64,000 nucleotides of DNA. Source: Octopus vulgaris. Lineage: Eukaryota. The stretch is from positions 122,078,001-122,142,000 of the forward strand of contig OX597819.1 in the NCBI GenBank assembly GCA_951406725.2. The letters run 5' to 3'. The position numbers and the translations under genes are program-made. The stretch's first letter is position 1. Every line of letters starts with the position of its first letter. Shown here piece by piece: positions 12,470-25,842 of this stretch. The notes beneath the pieces were generated by a model that saw nothing but the letters and a program-made list of their open reading frames with translations, made no database searches and was not told the origin of the DNA.

Positions 12470-13662
12470 AAAGGTCTCACACATTCTTTCAGGCTAGAGT
12501 ACTTCGCGCCCCTGTTCATCTGTCAGGGACCTAATGGTGGTTCGGTTGCCTCTTTGCACCTCCGCCACTCGGGCCTCTCGGGCGGCTCCAACTCCTTCGT
12601 TCCTCAGAGCACGCATCCTAGCCCTGACAACGCATCCTTCGTGTTTGGCGTGGAAATGTTGGTCGAGGGCCAACCTCACCGCCAGTACGTTGGACGCGAT
12701 GCCAGTTCTAAGTGCCTCTTCTAATTTCTTAACTAGGTCTCCCTCTATTCTATTTCGGTCTAATGCTAGGGCCTTACTGTACCTAACCGATTCTGCTTTA
12801 ACTGCTTTCTTTAGGGCATACCACCATCTGTTGTTGATGATGGCACCCGTCATTGCTCTCTTAACTAATGTGCTAATCCGGTCCCTGTAAGTCTGGCGTG
12901 CCGTGAACGACACGTTCAGCTTCCAGTAACCGGGACCTTGCCAATGTATCTTATCTAAGTCAAGTGTACAAGTCACAAGTTTGTGGGTCTGTGTATCTGA
13001 CTATGTGGAATTGTAGACAACCTACACAATCCTTATTCACTGTCCTACAGAATACTCTATCTAAATACGATCTGGACGACCGGATGCGGTTGCTCCATGT
13101 CCACATTGGCACATTCGGGTGGTCCAGTCGGTACTTGTCAGACTTGGAAACGTCTGAGCAGGTCTTTGAAGCTTTTGCATCCCCTCCTATTACTATCTCT
13201 GCCTACGTAGTCTAGATGCGTGTCCAGGGTAGCATTCCAATCCCCCACTAAAAATAAAGGTCGAGACGTTCCCAGGAAAACCTCTAGACGTCTAAAGAAA
13301 TCTGGCCTACCTGTTAAGGACGGCGCATAAACTCTTATCAGTCGAAAAGCACACCCATTGCTGCCATTGACATATAAGACGATCAGCCTACCCTCCGGGT
13401 CTAGGAAAATTACTCTTACTTTGAGGTCCAGACTCTTCCGAAGAAGCACCGCGGTACCTCCTCCGCCCATTCTCGGCAGACACAGAGAAAAATTAATGTC
13501 GAAATGTCCACCGAACATGTGCTGGAAGGCCCGCGAGGTGTGGATTCTGGTCTCACTGATGGCTATGATATGCAGATTTTGTGACTTGATGTCGTTTAAC
13601 ATGTAGCCTTGTTTCCAAGGCGACCTCAAGCCATGTACATTTATACTGCCTATTTTGAACAT
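12470..13662 (-). pseudogene. L1/Tx1-clade LINE ORF2 N-terminus (APE endonuclease + linker), frameshifted and truncated before RT
   Basis: MFKIGSINVHGL, ISET, VYAP, GDWNA, SYLDR, TD/HKLVT (frameshift), then GPGYWKLN and VRAR motifs in ORFs 13138-13662 and 12494-12976. Confidence 0.9.
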
Positions 13663-13729
13663 GTTCCTATCGAAGGTTGTGTTTTACATACGAAAGGGAG
13701 ACGAAAAAGAAAGAGAGCGAGAGAGAGAG

Positions 13730-14335
13730 TCACTTACTGACCGGAAGTTGTTTGTCCTTCACCTCACAGTCTTCTTCCAGAAGGTTTTTGTGTAGTTTTT
13801 TTAGAGAGGTATTTTTGGAATCTCCCTACTGCATCCGGGTAGAGAGATTTCAGTGTGCTGTGGGTGTTCTGTGTTATGTGTATGTTTTGTGCGTTTGTTG
13901 ATTCTTTGTTTCGGTGTCATTTTCTGTTATGTTGGTGTTTGACCTAATGTATTCGATTAGATCTGGATTGTTGGTGTTTATGGCTGTCAACATTGTTGGT
14001 GGTGGGCGGTGTTGGTGCGTTTGTGCTGATGCTTTTGTTTTCTGCGGATGTTTTGGTTTCGGGAGTGGTAAACCTGCTCGCTTTGTTTATCTGCTTCTCT
14101 ATTCCTTTTTCCCCCTTTTTCTCCTTCCCCCTGTGGTCACTTGCCAATCCTCTGTGTCATCTTCATCTGACGACATATCGGAGGAATCAGAGGGCGGGAG
14201 GGGAAAGGTATTGGGGTCTATTTCTGAGTGTGTTGATTTTGTTGGTGGTGGTGTTGGTGCTGTTTGGTGACAGTTGGGATGTGGTGTTTGAGTTTTTGAG
14301 GGTGGGGTATGAGTCCTTTTGGTTTCCTCTTCTTC
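13730..14335 (-). pseudogene. Probable degraded ORF1 C-terminus of the same L1/Tx1 element
   Basis: Lys/Thr/Pro-rich broken frames immediately upstream of the ORF2 ATG, same strand. Confidence 0.45.
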
Positions 14336-14339
14336 CTAG

Positions 14340-14382
14340 ACAGATAGAGAGAGAGAGAGAGATGGATACGATGGATGGCTAA

Positions 14383-14431
<49 letters not shown>

Positions 14432-14444
14432 TAGACAGACAGAC

Positions 14445-14482
<38 letters not shown>

Positions 14483-14491
14483 GTAGGTAGG

Positions 14492-14563
<72 letters not shown>

Positions 14564-15442
14564 CACACGATGGGCTTCTTTCAGTTTCCGTCAACCAAAT
14601 CCACATACAACGCTTTAGTCGGCCCGGGATTAGACTCGAAGATAGTTACCTAAGGTGCTACACAGTGGGACTGAACCCGTTACAATGTGGTTGCGAAGCA
14701 AACTTCTTTACTATACTCTCACTCATATATATGTGTATGCGTGTGTGTGTATACCCGTGTGTGTGTGTGAATCACATGTATGCATGTATGTATGTATGTA
14801 TGTATGCATGTATGCATGCATGTATGTATGTATGTATGTATGCATGTATGCATGAATGTATGTATGTGTGTGTATGTGTGTGTGTGTGTGTATGCATGTA
14901 TGCATGTATGTATGCGTGCATGTATGTATTTATGTATGTATGTATGTATGCATGTATGTATGTATGTATGTATGTATGCGTGCATGTATGTATGTATGTG
15001 TGTGTATGTATGTATGTATATATGTGTGTATGTGTGTGTGTATGCATGTATGTATGCGTGCATGTATGTATGTATGTATGTGTGCATGTATGTATGTATG
15101 TATGTATGTATGTATGTATGCATGTATGTATGTATGTGTGTATGTGTGTATGTATGTATGTATGTATCTGTATGTATGTGTATGCATGCATGTGTGTATG
15201 TATGTGTTTATGTGTGTGTGTGTGTCTCCGTAATGAACCAGCTGTCTGTCTGTTCGGTAAGGTGTCGCTTTGTAAACAGTGATGTCTTTATTACAGATGA
15301 ATACACAAACGATGGTGTTGGCAGAGTTTGTTAATTCTTGTTTCACGGTGTTCCTTTGACAGAGGCGAGGAATTTAATTAATGTTGTATAAAGAGATTAA
15401 TGGTCATAAATAAAGGGAAGCTGAGAAAGCGAGAGAGAGAGA

Positions 15443-15485
<43 letters not shown>

Positions 15486-15561
15486 TGAAAGCGAGCGAAA
15501 GAGACGGAGAGATTGATAGTCATAGAGATAAAAAGACTGCTAGACATATATATATACATAC

Positions 15562-15638
<77 letters not shown>

Positions 15639-15673
15639 AAGGGCGACAGAGACAGACAGCTAGACAGACAGAC

Positions 15674-15745
<72 letters not shown>

Positions 15746-16170
15746 TGGTATAGATAAAAAGAGAGGACGATAGATAGAAAGAGTGATGGAAAAAGAAAAA
15801 GGTTGAATGTAGAGGTGTGAGTCGTTAGACAGACTAAACACTGGATGATAGAGAAGAAGAAGAAGAAGAAGAAGAAGAAGAAGAAGAAGAAGAAGAAGAA
15901 GAAGAAGAAGAAGAAGAAGAAGAAGAAGAAGAAGAAGAAGAAACCACGACGACGACGACGACGAAGAAGAAAAGAAGAAGAAGAAGATAATGAAGAAAAG
16001 AAAAGGAAGAAAAGGAAGAAGAAGAAGAAGAAGAAGAAGAAGAAGAAGAAGAAGAAGAAGAAGAAGAAGAAGAAGAAGAAGAAGAAGAAGAAGAAGAAGG
16101 ATGAAGAAGAAGAAGAAGAAGAAGAAGAAGAAGAAGAAGAAGAAGAAGAAGAAGAAGAAGAAGAAGAAGA
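14340..16170. repeat. Compound microsatellite block (GACA/GATA, TATG/CATG, GA, GAA) containing a SINE A head at 14567-14712 (-)
   Basis: Direct inspection. Confidence 0.95.
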
Positions 16171-16188
16171 TGTGGTAGTTGGTGCGAT

Positions 16189-16500
16189 TGAAGGCGCATG
16201 GTTCAGTGGTTAAGGTAATAGGTTCGCGATCGTAAGGTCATGAGTTCGATTCCCAGGGACCCATGGTGTCCTTGAGCAACACACTTTATTTCAAATTGCT
16301 CCCGTCCCCTCAGCTGGCAGAAAATGAATAATTATTTCAAAGGGACCAGCCTTGTCATGTTCTGTGTGTCACGGTGAATCACCCTACGTTAAGGGTACGC
16401 GTGCCTGCGGAGTGCCCAGCCACTTGCACGTTAATTTCCCGAGCAAGTTGTTTCTTGGTCGGTTCAACTGGAACCCTCGTCGTCGCAACCGACGGAGTTC
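16189..16500 (+). mobile_element. SINE family C-related copy
   Basis: tRNA-like head (TGGTTCAGTGG, GAGTTCGATTCCC) and the same tail as 12020-12200. Confidence 0.8.
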
Positions 16501-16799
16501 CACTACTTGGAGCAAAGAGAATGAAACAGTAGAAATAAAAAGAAAAAAACAAGAACAAGAGCTGCAATAACAGTGAGGGGAGATCTCTCAAAGTGATTTT
16601 CGTTTTTATCCTTTATATATTATTTGTGTCAGCATTTTACTACGACCATGCTGGAGCACCGCCTGATTGGGATTTAGTCGGACAAATTGACCACAATCGA
16701 AGTTCCGAAAATGTTGAGATAATTTCGTTCTTAAGTCTCAGAACTAGACGAAACCGCAGTCTCTTCTCTGTTAAAATGCCCTCATCTTCTTACGATGAA

Positions 16800-17005
16800 G
16801 AGGACGCGCATGGCTTAGTGGTTAGGGTATTGGACTCACGGTCGTAAGATTGTGGTTTCGATTCTGGTACCGGGCGATAAGTTGTTTTCTTGAGCAAAAC
16901 ACTTCATTTCACATTGCTCCAGTCCATTCAGCTGGCAAAAATGAGTAACGTTGCGATGGACCAGTGTCCTGTCCAAGGAGGAACGGGGTAACCGGCCCTT
17001 ATCTC
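16800..17005 (+). mobile_element. SINE family C-related, degraded
   Basis: GCGCATGGCTTAGTGGTTAGG...GTTTCGATTC head and CCAGTCCATTCAGCTGGCAAAAATGAG body. Confidence 0.7.
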
Positions 17006-17395
17006 CTTCCGGAGTAATGTGGACTAAACATAGCTTCTTACGATGATTGTGGGGAAAAACAAAAGAAGGCTAAGAAAGATTGGTGGGAAAAAAGGGTGAG
17101 AAAAAAAAACGAGGTGAATTCAAACAGAAAACTCCTATGATACAAGAAGATATATATTTTTTAAAAACTGGAATAGAAGCGACAGTTAATGACAATCTCC
17201 AACCCACATTATCTTGTATACTTAACCTTATGTTAGCTCAAAACAAATAAACAAAATTCTAGATTAAATAAGGGAATGAAATTTACCTCCTTCTGCCTTC
17301 CTTTCAAATTCAATAGCACAGCTCAAACAGCAGAGACTCTTCTGTATACACAGCACATACAAATAATCGCCGAATAAAATAACAAAATTACGTAC

Positions 17396-17428
<33 letters not shown>

Positions 17429-17571
17429 TACTATTTGCAGCCACCACCCAACAAAATGACACAGCACACATTCCATAAGAACCGATATTCTACCCTAGAA
17501 AACTTGAAATACTCTAGCAACACGCATTCTATGCAATTACGACGCATTAATGCAGCATATATAATCAGCGT

Positions 17572-17872
17572 GTGGAGGCACATGGCCTAATGGTTAGAGC
17601 AGCGGACTCGCTATCGAGGGGTCGCAGGTTCGAATCTGAAACCGGGCGATGTGTGTGTTTATGAGCAAAACACCAAAGCTCCACGCGGCTCCGGCAGAAG
17701 GTAATGGCAAAATTCTGCTGACTCTTTCGCCACAATTTTCTCTCACTCTTTCCTCCTGCATCTTGCAACTCACCTGTAACGAACCTGCGTCCCGTTCAGG
17801 TGGGGAACCTATACGCCAAGGAAACCGGGAAACCGGTCCTTATGAGTCAAGCATGGCTCGAGAAGGAACAAA
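17572..17872 (+). mobile_element. SINE family C variant (alternative tail)
   Basis: Head as at 11397; tail GGGGAACCTATACGCCAA...GCTCGAGAAGGAACAAA shared with 30821-31100. Confidence 0.8.
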
Positions 17873-18086
17873 CACCATGATTATACACAATATATTATAC
17901 ACAATAACCGTCTGTTTTTGAAACACAGACGATCGCACGCACAAGACATTTGAAATATATACACCACCTACCAACAAAACACTGCGTTAAAACATTGTGG
18001 GACAGAATTAACGCCCTTTTTAATTTAGTAATTTTTGTAGTAGAAACATTTTTTAAAATAAATTTTATTATATAAAATTTTATTAG

Positions 18087-18240
18087 AGGCGTAGGAGTGG
18101 CTGTGTGGTAAGAAGTTTGCTACCAATCACATGGTTCCGGATTCAGTCCCACTGCGTGGCACCTTGGACAAGAGTCTTCTACTATAGCCTCGGGCCGACC
18201 AAATCCTTGTGAGTGGATTTGGTAGACAGAAACTGAAAGG
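18087..18240 (+). mobile_element. SINE family A head
   Basis: Consensus match. Confidence 0.85.
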
Positions 18241-18478
18241 TAGCACGTTTTTTTACTTCTCCGACAACACAAGATTTATCACTGAATCTGGAGGTATTTT
18301 TTCACTCAGAAACTCGTTGGCAGAATTAAGCTGGATCCTTTTTTTCTTTAAGGTAAGTGGTTTTCAATGTTTTGATGTACACAGCTAACAAGTTTTGAGT
18401 TAGACGAATTTATTAAAAAGAAAATGCGCGACGAACCTTCTAAATATTTCATTTCTACAACAAAAAATATTCATAATA

Positions 18479-18605
18479 GGCGCAGTAGTGGCTGTGTTGT
18501 AAGTAGCTTGCTAACCAACCACATGGTTCCGGGTTCAGTCCCACCGCGAGGCATCTTGCCTTGTGAGTGGATTTGGTAGACGGAAACTGAAAGAAGCCTG
18601 TCGTA

Positions 18606-18660
<55 letters not shown>

Positions 18661-18870
18661 ATGTGTTTGTGTGTCTGTGATTGTCTCCTAGCATTGCTTG
18701 ACAACCGATGCTGTTGTGTTTACGTCCCCGTAACTTAGCGGTTCGGCAAGAGAGACCGATAGAATAAGTACTAGGCTTACAAAGAATAAGTCCTGGGGGT
18801 CGGTTTGCTCGACTAAAGGTGGTGCTCCAGCATGGCCCCACAGTCAAATGACTGAAACAAGTAAAATAGA
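18479..18870 (+). mobile_element. SINE family A, near full length with a small internal deletion
   Basis: Consensus match. Confidence 0.9.
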
Positions 18871-20084
18871 AAATGAGTAGAGAGTTAAAGAAACGAAAAA
18901 ACAAACCAATTAATGAAAATAAATTACTGTAGCTTTATTAAATTAATAAAGTATTGTTCCATCAAAACAATGTAATTCATTATGATAAAAATTTAATTAA
19001 CTTGTTCAAAAGGCTCCCCTTCATTTTAAGTGCAATGCTGAACACTACCGGCAACACTTCTACAAACCTTTTGACATATTTCCCCGTAGAAAATTTATCA
19101 GAAATTGCTTGTTTTAATTCCGGAATCGTTTTCGGTTTCAGGGAATAAACTAGATTTTTAAATACATCGTGCGTGTGTGTGTCTGTGTGTGTATGTGTGT
19201 GTATGTGTGTGTATGTGTGTGTGTATGTGTGTGTGTGTGTGTGTGTAATGTTTGTCCCCCAACTTGACAACCGATGCTGGTGTGTTTACGTCCCCGTAAC
19301 CTAGCGGTTCGGCAAAAGAGACCGATAGAATAAGTACTAGGCTAACAAAGAATAAGTGCTGTGTTTGTCAACCACTACCTCGTAATAGACTGTTTTGGTT
19401 CGCTTACATTCCTGCCAACTTGCGGTTCGGCAAAAGAAACCGATAGAATAAATACCAGAGTTAAAAAACATATAAGTTCTAGGATTGGTTTGTTCGACTA
19501 AAACCCCTTGAAGACAGCGCTCCGATTGCAACTAGTCAATAATAAAATATATAAAAGACAATGTTTCCACCATTTTGGGAAAGCGTATAAGGCGTAATGG
19601 TCACTGTTTCTCTACGACTGACTAATGTCTACGAAAATAATTAAAATATAACTATAAGGAAGTCTTAGTCAAATTAGTTTTGTCAGGAAGGAATTCCAAC
19701 CACGTCTCGTGGTTCGCTACCTTAACAGCTCCTTTATAGGATCCAGTGAATAAAGACATCATCAAGAGGAACCACGTCCGGTTTCGGCCCCTACTACTTT
19801 TTCGACGTGACGGCTCCCTACCCTTTCGGAGGTGTCTTCAGCTCTGATGTTGAGTGCGTTTCTTCTTTCTCTTTTTTCTTCTGTTCTTTGGGGTTTTTTT
19901 TTTTTTCTTTTCGATGCGGCGTCAACGAATGTCAGCGGACGACTGACCATTCTGTCAAATTTCTCTTTAAATACTCGCCGGTAGGCTCCAGTAGCCAGCA
20001 CCAGCTGACTGTCACGTGGCACTCTCTAAGCTTCAAATGACCAATGGAGGGGAAGGGCGTGTAGTTTTAGCCCGCGCCCTCTCT

Positions 20085-20545
20085 AAACCTACCTTCCAAC
20101 AGTGTCGTGTTAGTTTCCGTTCCAGCACAGCAGTAGCTACCGCGAAGGAGGTAGTGTGGAAGACGAAACTGAAAGGGATCGTGATAGGCATCTTCATCTC
20201 CAGCCTTGGCCTGGTTAACTCTTTCTTTTCCACATGAAAAGAAAAATAAGGATGGAGAAGAGATGCCCATCGGAAATGATGGAAGGCCGTAGCAAGTGTG
20301 TTGAGAGTGAACCTGTTTGAGCAAGAACACAAACGCAATAAAAAAGGTTTCAGTGTTGGAATGTGGTTTGTAGGGTCAGCCGCGTCCCTTACCTCATAAT
20401 TGTTACTCATCCGTTTCTTTCACTATCCACTCCATCATGTAAATTTTATAAAGTACATCTGTATGTCGTTATCTCATTCGATCCCCGACCCCTTGTTTTG
20501 TCCTTCTATATATGACCCTTAGACCCTTATGGTTAATAAAGAAAC
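20085..20545 (+). pseudogene. Degraded 3' end of L1/Tx1-like ORF2 plus 3' UTR
   Basis: Translates across frameshifts to AVATAKEVVWKTKLKG...GLVNSF..HMKRKIRMEKR..WKAVASVL, similar to L1/Tx1 C-termini; AATAAAGAAA at ~20535. Confidence 0.55.
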
Positions 20546-20619
20546 AAGTCTCAGTTCCTGCAGCCAGAGCCGACCAGCTTGGAAGATAAACAACAACATT
20601 AAACCTATGGTGAATGTTC

Positions 20620-22573
20620 TTTTCTACTCTAGGCACAAGGCCCGAAATTTTGGGGGTGGGGGAGGGGGCTGGTCGATTAGATCGATTCCTGTACGCAACT
20701 GGTACTTAATTCATCGACCCCGAAAAGATGAAAGGCAAAGTCGACCCCGGCGGAATTTGAACTCAGAACGTAGCGGCAGACGAAATACCGCTAAGTATTT
20801 CGCCTGGCATGCTAACGTTTCTTATTTCTTTACTGCTCACAAGGGGCTGAACACAGAGAGGACAAACAAGGACAGACAAACGGATTAAGTCGATTACATC
20901 GACCCCAGTACGTAACTGGTACTTAATTCATCGACCCCGAAAAGATGAAAGGCAAAGTCGACCCCGGCGGAATTTGAACTCAGAACGTAGCGGCAGACGA
21001 AATACCGCTAAGTATTTCGCCTGGCATGCTAACGTTTCTTATTTCTTTACTGCTCACAAGGGGCTGAACACAGAGAGGACAAACAAGGACAGACAAACGG
21101 ATTAAGTCGATTACATCGACCCCAGTACGTAACTGGTACTTAATTCATCGACCCCGAAAAGATGAAAGGCAAAGTCGACCCCGGCGGAATTTGAACTCAG
21201 AACGTAGCGGCAGACGAAATACCGCTAAGTATTTCGCCTGGCATGCTAACGTTTCTTATTTCTTTACTGCTCACAAGGGGCTGAACACAGAGAGGACAAA
21301 CAAGGACAGACAAACGGATTAAGTCGATTACATCGACCCCAGTACGTAACTGGTACTTAATTCATCGACCCCGAAAAGATGAAAGGCAAAGTCGACCCCG
21401 GCGGAATTTGAACTCAGAACGTAGCGGCAGACGAAATACCGCTAAGTATTTCGCCTGGCATGCTAACGTTTCTTATTTCTTTACTGCTCACAAGGGGCTG
21501 AACACAGAGAGGACAAACAAGGACAGACAAACGGATTAAGTCGATTACATCGACCCCAGTACGTAACTGGTACTTAATTCATCGACCCCGAAAAGATGAA
21601 AGGCAAAGTCGACCCCGGCGGAATTTGAACTCAGAACGTAGCGGCAGACGAAATACCGCTAAGTATTTCGCCTGGCATGCTAACGTTTCTTATTTCTTTA
21701 CTGCTCACAAGGGGCTGAACACAGAGAGGACAAACAAGGACAGACAAACGGATTAAGTCGATTACATCGACCCCAGTACGTAACTGGTACTTAATTCATC
21801 GACCCCGAAAAGATGAAAGGCAAAGTCGACCCCGGCGGAATTTGAACTCAGAACGTAGCGGCAGACGAAATACCGCTAAGTATTTCGCCTGGCATGCTAA
21901 CGTTTCTTATTTCTTTACTGCTCACAAGGGGCTGAACACAGAGAGGACAAACAAGGACAGACAAACGGATCAAGTCGATTACATCGACCCCAGTACGTAA
22001 CTGGTACTTAATTCATCGACCCCGAAAAGATGAAAGGCAAAGTCGACCCCGGCGGAATTTGAACTCAGAACGTAGCGGCAGACGAAATACCGCTAAGTAT
22101 TTCGCCTGGCATGCTAACGTTTCTTATTTCTTTACTGCTCACAAGGGGCTGAACACAGAGAGGACAAACAAGGACAGACAAACGGATTAAGTCGATTACA
22201 TCGACCCCAGTACGTAACTGGTACTTAATTCATCGACCCCGAAAAGATGAAAGGCAAAGTCGACCCCGGCGGAATTTGAACTCAGAACGTAGCGGCAGAC
22301 GAAATACCGCTAAGTATTTCGCCTGGCATGCTAACGTTTCTTATTTCTTTACTGCTCACAAGGGGCTGAACACAGAGAGGACAAACAAGGACAGACAAAC
22401 GGATTAAGTCGATTACATCGACCCCAGTACGTAACTGGTACTTAATTCATCGACCCCGAAAAGATGAAAGGCAAAGTCGACCTCGGCGGAATTTGAACTC
22501 AGAACGTGGCGGCAGACGAAATACCGCTGAGCATTTCACCCGACATGCTAATGGTTCTGCCAGCTCGCCGCCC
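20620..22573 (-). repeat. Tandem array of SINE B with a 217-bp period (~9 units)
   Basis: ACTCAGAACG recurs at 20761, 20978, 21195 ... 22497 with an exact 217 spacing; units almost identical. Confidence 0.95.
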
Positions 22574-22599
22574 TACCGTTGGTGTATGTTACAAATACA

Positions 22600-22601
22600 A
22601 T

Positions 22602-22632
<31 letters not shown>

Positions 22633-23115
22633 TTTCTTTCTTCTTCTTCCTCTTCTTCTCTTCCCCTCCTCCTTCTTCTCCTCCTCCCTCTCCTTCCCTC
22701 ATTAACCCTCCTTCTACTTCTTTTTACCCTTCAACTTCCTCTTCTTCCCTTGTTCATCTCTTTTTCTTCTTTTTTTCTCTTTCTTCTGTTTCTCCTCTTT
22801 CTCCTTTAACTACCCCCTTCTTCCCGTCTTTCTCCTCTCTTTTTTCTTCTTCTTCACTCTTTCTCCTTCTCTTCCTCTTTCAACTTCCTTTTCTTCCCTT
22901 GCTTTATATCTCTTCTTCTTCTTCTTCTTCTTCTTCTTCTTCTTCTTCTTCTTCTTCTACTGCTTCTTCTTCTTCTTCTACTTCTTCTTCTTCTACTTCT
23001 TCTTCTTCTCCTTCTTCTCCTTCTTCTTCTTCCCCTCTCTTTCTCGTCCACATCGTCCTCCTCTTCCCCTTCTACCTTTTCCTTCTACTTTATTCTCTCT
23101 CTCTCTCTCTTCTTT
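22600..23115. repeat. Pyrimidine-rich (TTC/CT) low-complexity tract
   Basis: Direct inspection. Confidence 0.9.
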
Positions 23116-23425
23116 GAAAGAGACACGAGTGGGAAGACTGTCACCATTTCTTAGCTTACAACACCTCGAGTAAGTCGCCGACGTATACGGATTGAATACT
23201 CTGAGACACAGAATCAATAAAAAAAAAAATAAAAGCAACACCGACCACATTTAGAATATAAACCACAACTCTCAAGTTTAGTCCAAGCTTCGAGCTAACG
23301 AAGGAAGTTTCTACGCAGCAACTGGATCCGTTCAACATGGCAGCAAACAAAAATACACACACACACAAACACATACACACACACACACTACTATCTTACA
23401 AAAAGAAGAATAAATTATAGATTAA

Positions 23426-23827
23426 GGCGCAGGAGTGGCTGTGTGGTAAATAGCTTGCTAACCAGCCACATGGTTCCAGGTTCAGTCCCACTGCGTGGCA
23501 TCTTGGGCAAGTGTCTTCTGCTATAGCCCCGGGCCGACCAATGCCTTGTGAGTGGATTTGGTAGACGGAAACTGAAAGAAGCCTGTCGTATATATGTATA
23601 TATATGTGTGTGTGTGTATGTGTTTGTGTATCTGTGTTTGTCCCCCTAGCATTGCTTGACAACCGATGCTGGTGTGTTTACGTCCCCGTTACTTAGCGGT
23701 TCAGAAAAAGAGACCGATAGAATAAGTACTGGGCTTACAAAGAATAAGTTCCGGGGTCGATTTGCTCGACTAAAGGCGGTGCTCCAGCATGGCCACAGTC
23801 AAATGACTGAAACAAGTAAAAGAGTAA
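23426..23827 (+). mobile_element. SINE family A, full length
   Basis: Consensus match. Confidence 0.92.
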
Positions 23828-24214
23828 GTAACGTAGTTCCTGGTATCAAAAAAGGAGAGATCGTCTCAGCGTGTGGTGCCTCTGACCGTAGAACTTGCTC
23901 GATTAGGAATATGAAACTCAGTAGGAATATTCTTGGTTTTTTTTTTTAGTTTTTTTTTTTTTCGATTTTATATTTGGGGGATGGGGCCGGACGATTAGAT
24001 CGACTCCAGTACGCAACTGGTACTTAATTTATCGACCCCAAAAGGATAAAAGGCAAAGTCGACCCGGCGAAATTTGAACTCTGAACGTGAAGACCGGCGT
24101 GGTAACGTTTACAAGCTCCTCGTAGTTAAAATTAATTTACTTTATCTTGGGAAGTTAATTAAATTAAAAATAGCATCAAATTTTGGCACAGAGCTAGCAG
24201 AGTTTTAGGTGATC

Positions 24215-24482
24215 TGTTTTTTGTTTATTACCCATTAAGGGCCAACATAGAGGGGACAGTACAGCATGATCGGGGTCACACATAAATGAATGATACAATA
24301 AAACTTTATATGAGTAATAAAAACGAATGGGTTACAATACAATAATATACACGATGAGATGTTAAAAACGGGTATGCTCCCACCCCGCGAGCCCTGTCTT
24401 TAACACCGACCTACTGTAAGTCACACTAGCGTGTTCACGCAGGGATTTTCATTCCCAACATGAGTGCTACACGCGTCCATCT
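24215..24482 (-). mobile_element. Short 5'-truncated L1/Tx1-like LINE insertion with target-site duplication
   Basis: Flanked by CAGAGTTTTAGGTGATC (24198-24214) and CAGAGTTTTAGGGGATC (24483-24499); sense begins RWTRVALMLGMKIPA* and ends AATAAACAAAAAA. Confidence 0.7.
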
Positions 24483-24624
24483 CAGAGTTTTAGGGGATCG
24501 TCTGGGCGGTAGAGAATTAAAAAAAACAAAAGACATACGCACACGCACATACTATTTATGGCCACCACTCAATAAAATGACATAGCATACATTCCTAAAG
24601 AACCGATATTCTACACTTAGGGAA

Positions 24625-25372
24625 GGAGGAAGTCGGTTACATTGACAGATACTTATTTTTATCAACTCCGAAAGGCGGAATTTGAGCTTAAAACGTTAAG
24701 CCAGACGAAATGCCGCTAAGCATTTCGTTTGACGTGCCAAAGTTTCTTATTTCTTTATTGCCCATAAGGGGCTAAACATAGAGGGGACAAACAAGGACAG
24801 ACAAACGGATTAAGTCGATTACATCGACCCCAGTGCGTAACTGGTACTTACTTAACCGACCCCGAAAGGATGAAAGGCAAAGTCGACCTCGGTGGAATTT
24901 GAACTCAGAACGTAGCGGCAGACGAACTACCTATTTCTTTACTACCCACAAGGGGCTGGACACAGAGAGGACAAACAAGGTCAGACAAACGGATTAAGTC
25001 GATTACATCGACCCCAGTGCGCAACTGGTACTTATTTAATCGACCCCGCAAGTATGAAAGGCAAAGTCGACCTCGGCGGAATTTGAACTCAGAACGTAGC
25101 GTCAGACGAAATACCGGGAAGCATTTCGCCCGGCGTGCTAACGTTTCTGCCAGCTCGCCGTCTTCATTAGGCCAGCCAATAACGGTTTCAAATTTTGGTA
25201 CATGACTAGCAATTCCGAGGAAGAGGGTAAGCCGATTACATCGACCCCAGTGTTCAACTGGTACTTATTTTATCGACCCCAAAAGGATGAAATGCAAAGA
25301 CGGTTTGCGTGGACTTTGAACTCAGAACGGCATTTTATCTGGCGTGCTAACGATTTTGCCAGCAGGCCGCCT
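24625..25372 (-). mobile_element. SINE family B cluster (trimer 24625-25160 plus a degraded copy)
   Basis: Junctions at ~24745 (AAGTTTC|TTATTTC) and ~24929 (GAACTAC|CTATTTC). Confidence 0.85.
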
Positions 25373-25466
25373 TCATTATAATAAACGCACGCACTGGTTC
25401 AATTTTATTTGTTTCTTATTTGTCAATTAGCTAATTAATCAACTTACTAATCGACTGTTTGTTTAA

Positions 25467-25723
25467 CCCATTAACTGCCAATTTTTTTTATTTCATATTT
25501 TTGGGGCTTTGCCAGGTGTCTTAGGAGTTAAAATAATATATAGGTGCAGGAGTGGCTGTGTGGTAAATAGCTTGCTTAACAACCACATGGCCCTGGGTTC
25601 AGTCCCACTGCGTGACACCTTAGGTAAGTGTCTTCTACTATAGCCTCGGGCCGATCAAAGCCTTGTGATTGGATTTGGTAGACGGAAACTGGAAGAAGCC
25701 CGTCGTATATGTATGTATGTATG

Positions 25724-25767
<44 letters not shown>

Positions 25768-25770
25768 GGG

Positions 25771-25842
<72 letters not shown>

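Noticed and set aside
14218-16213. Long ORFs of CVCMY/HTYI/poly-K/poly-S type, also near 32400, 42500, 52500 and 59000
   Set aside because: Translations of microsatellites
18265-18357. Perfect donor AAG|GTAAGT with a possible upstream acceptor
   Set aside because: Isolated motif without a supporting frame or partner exon
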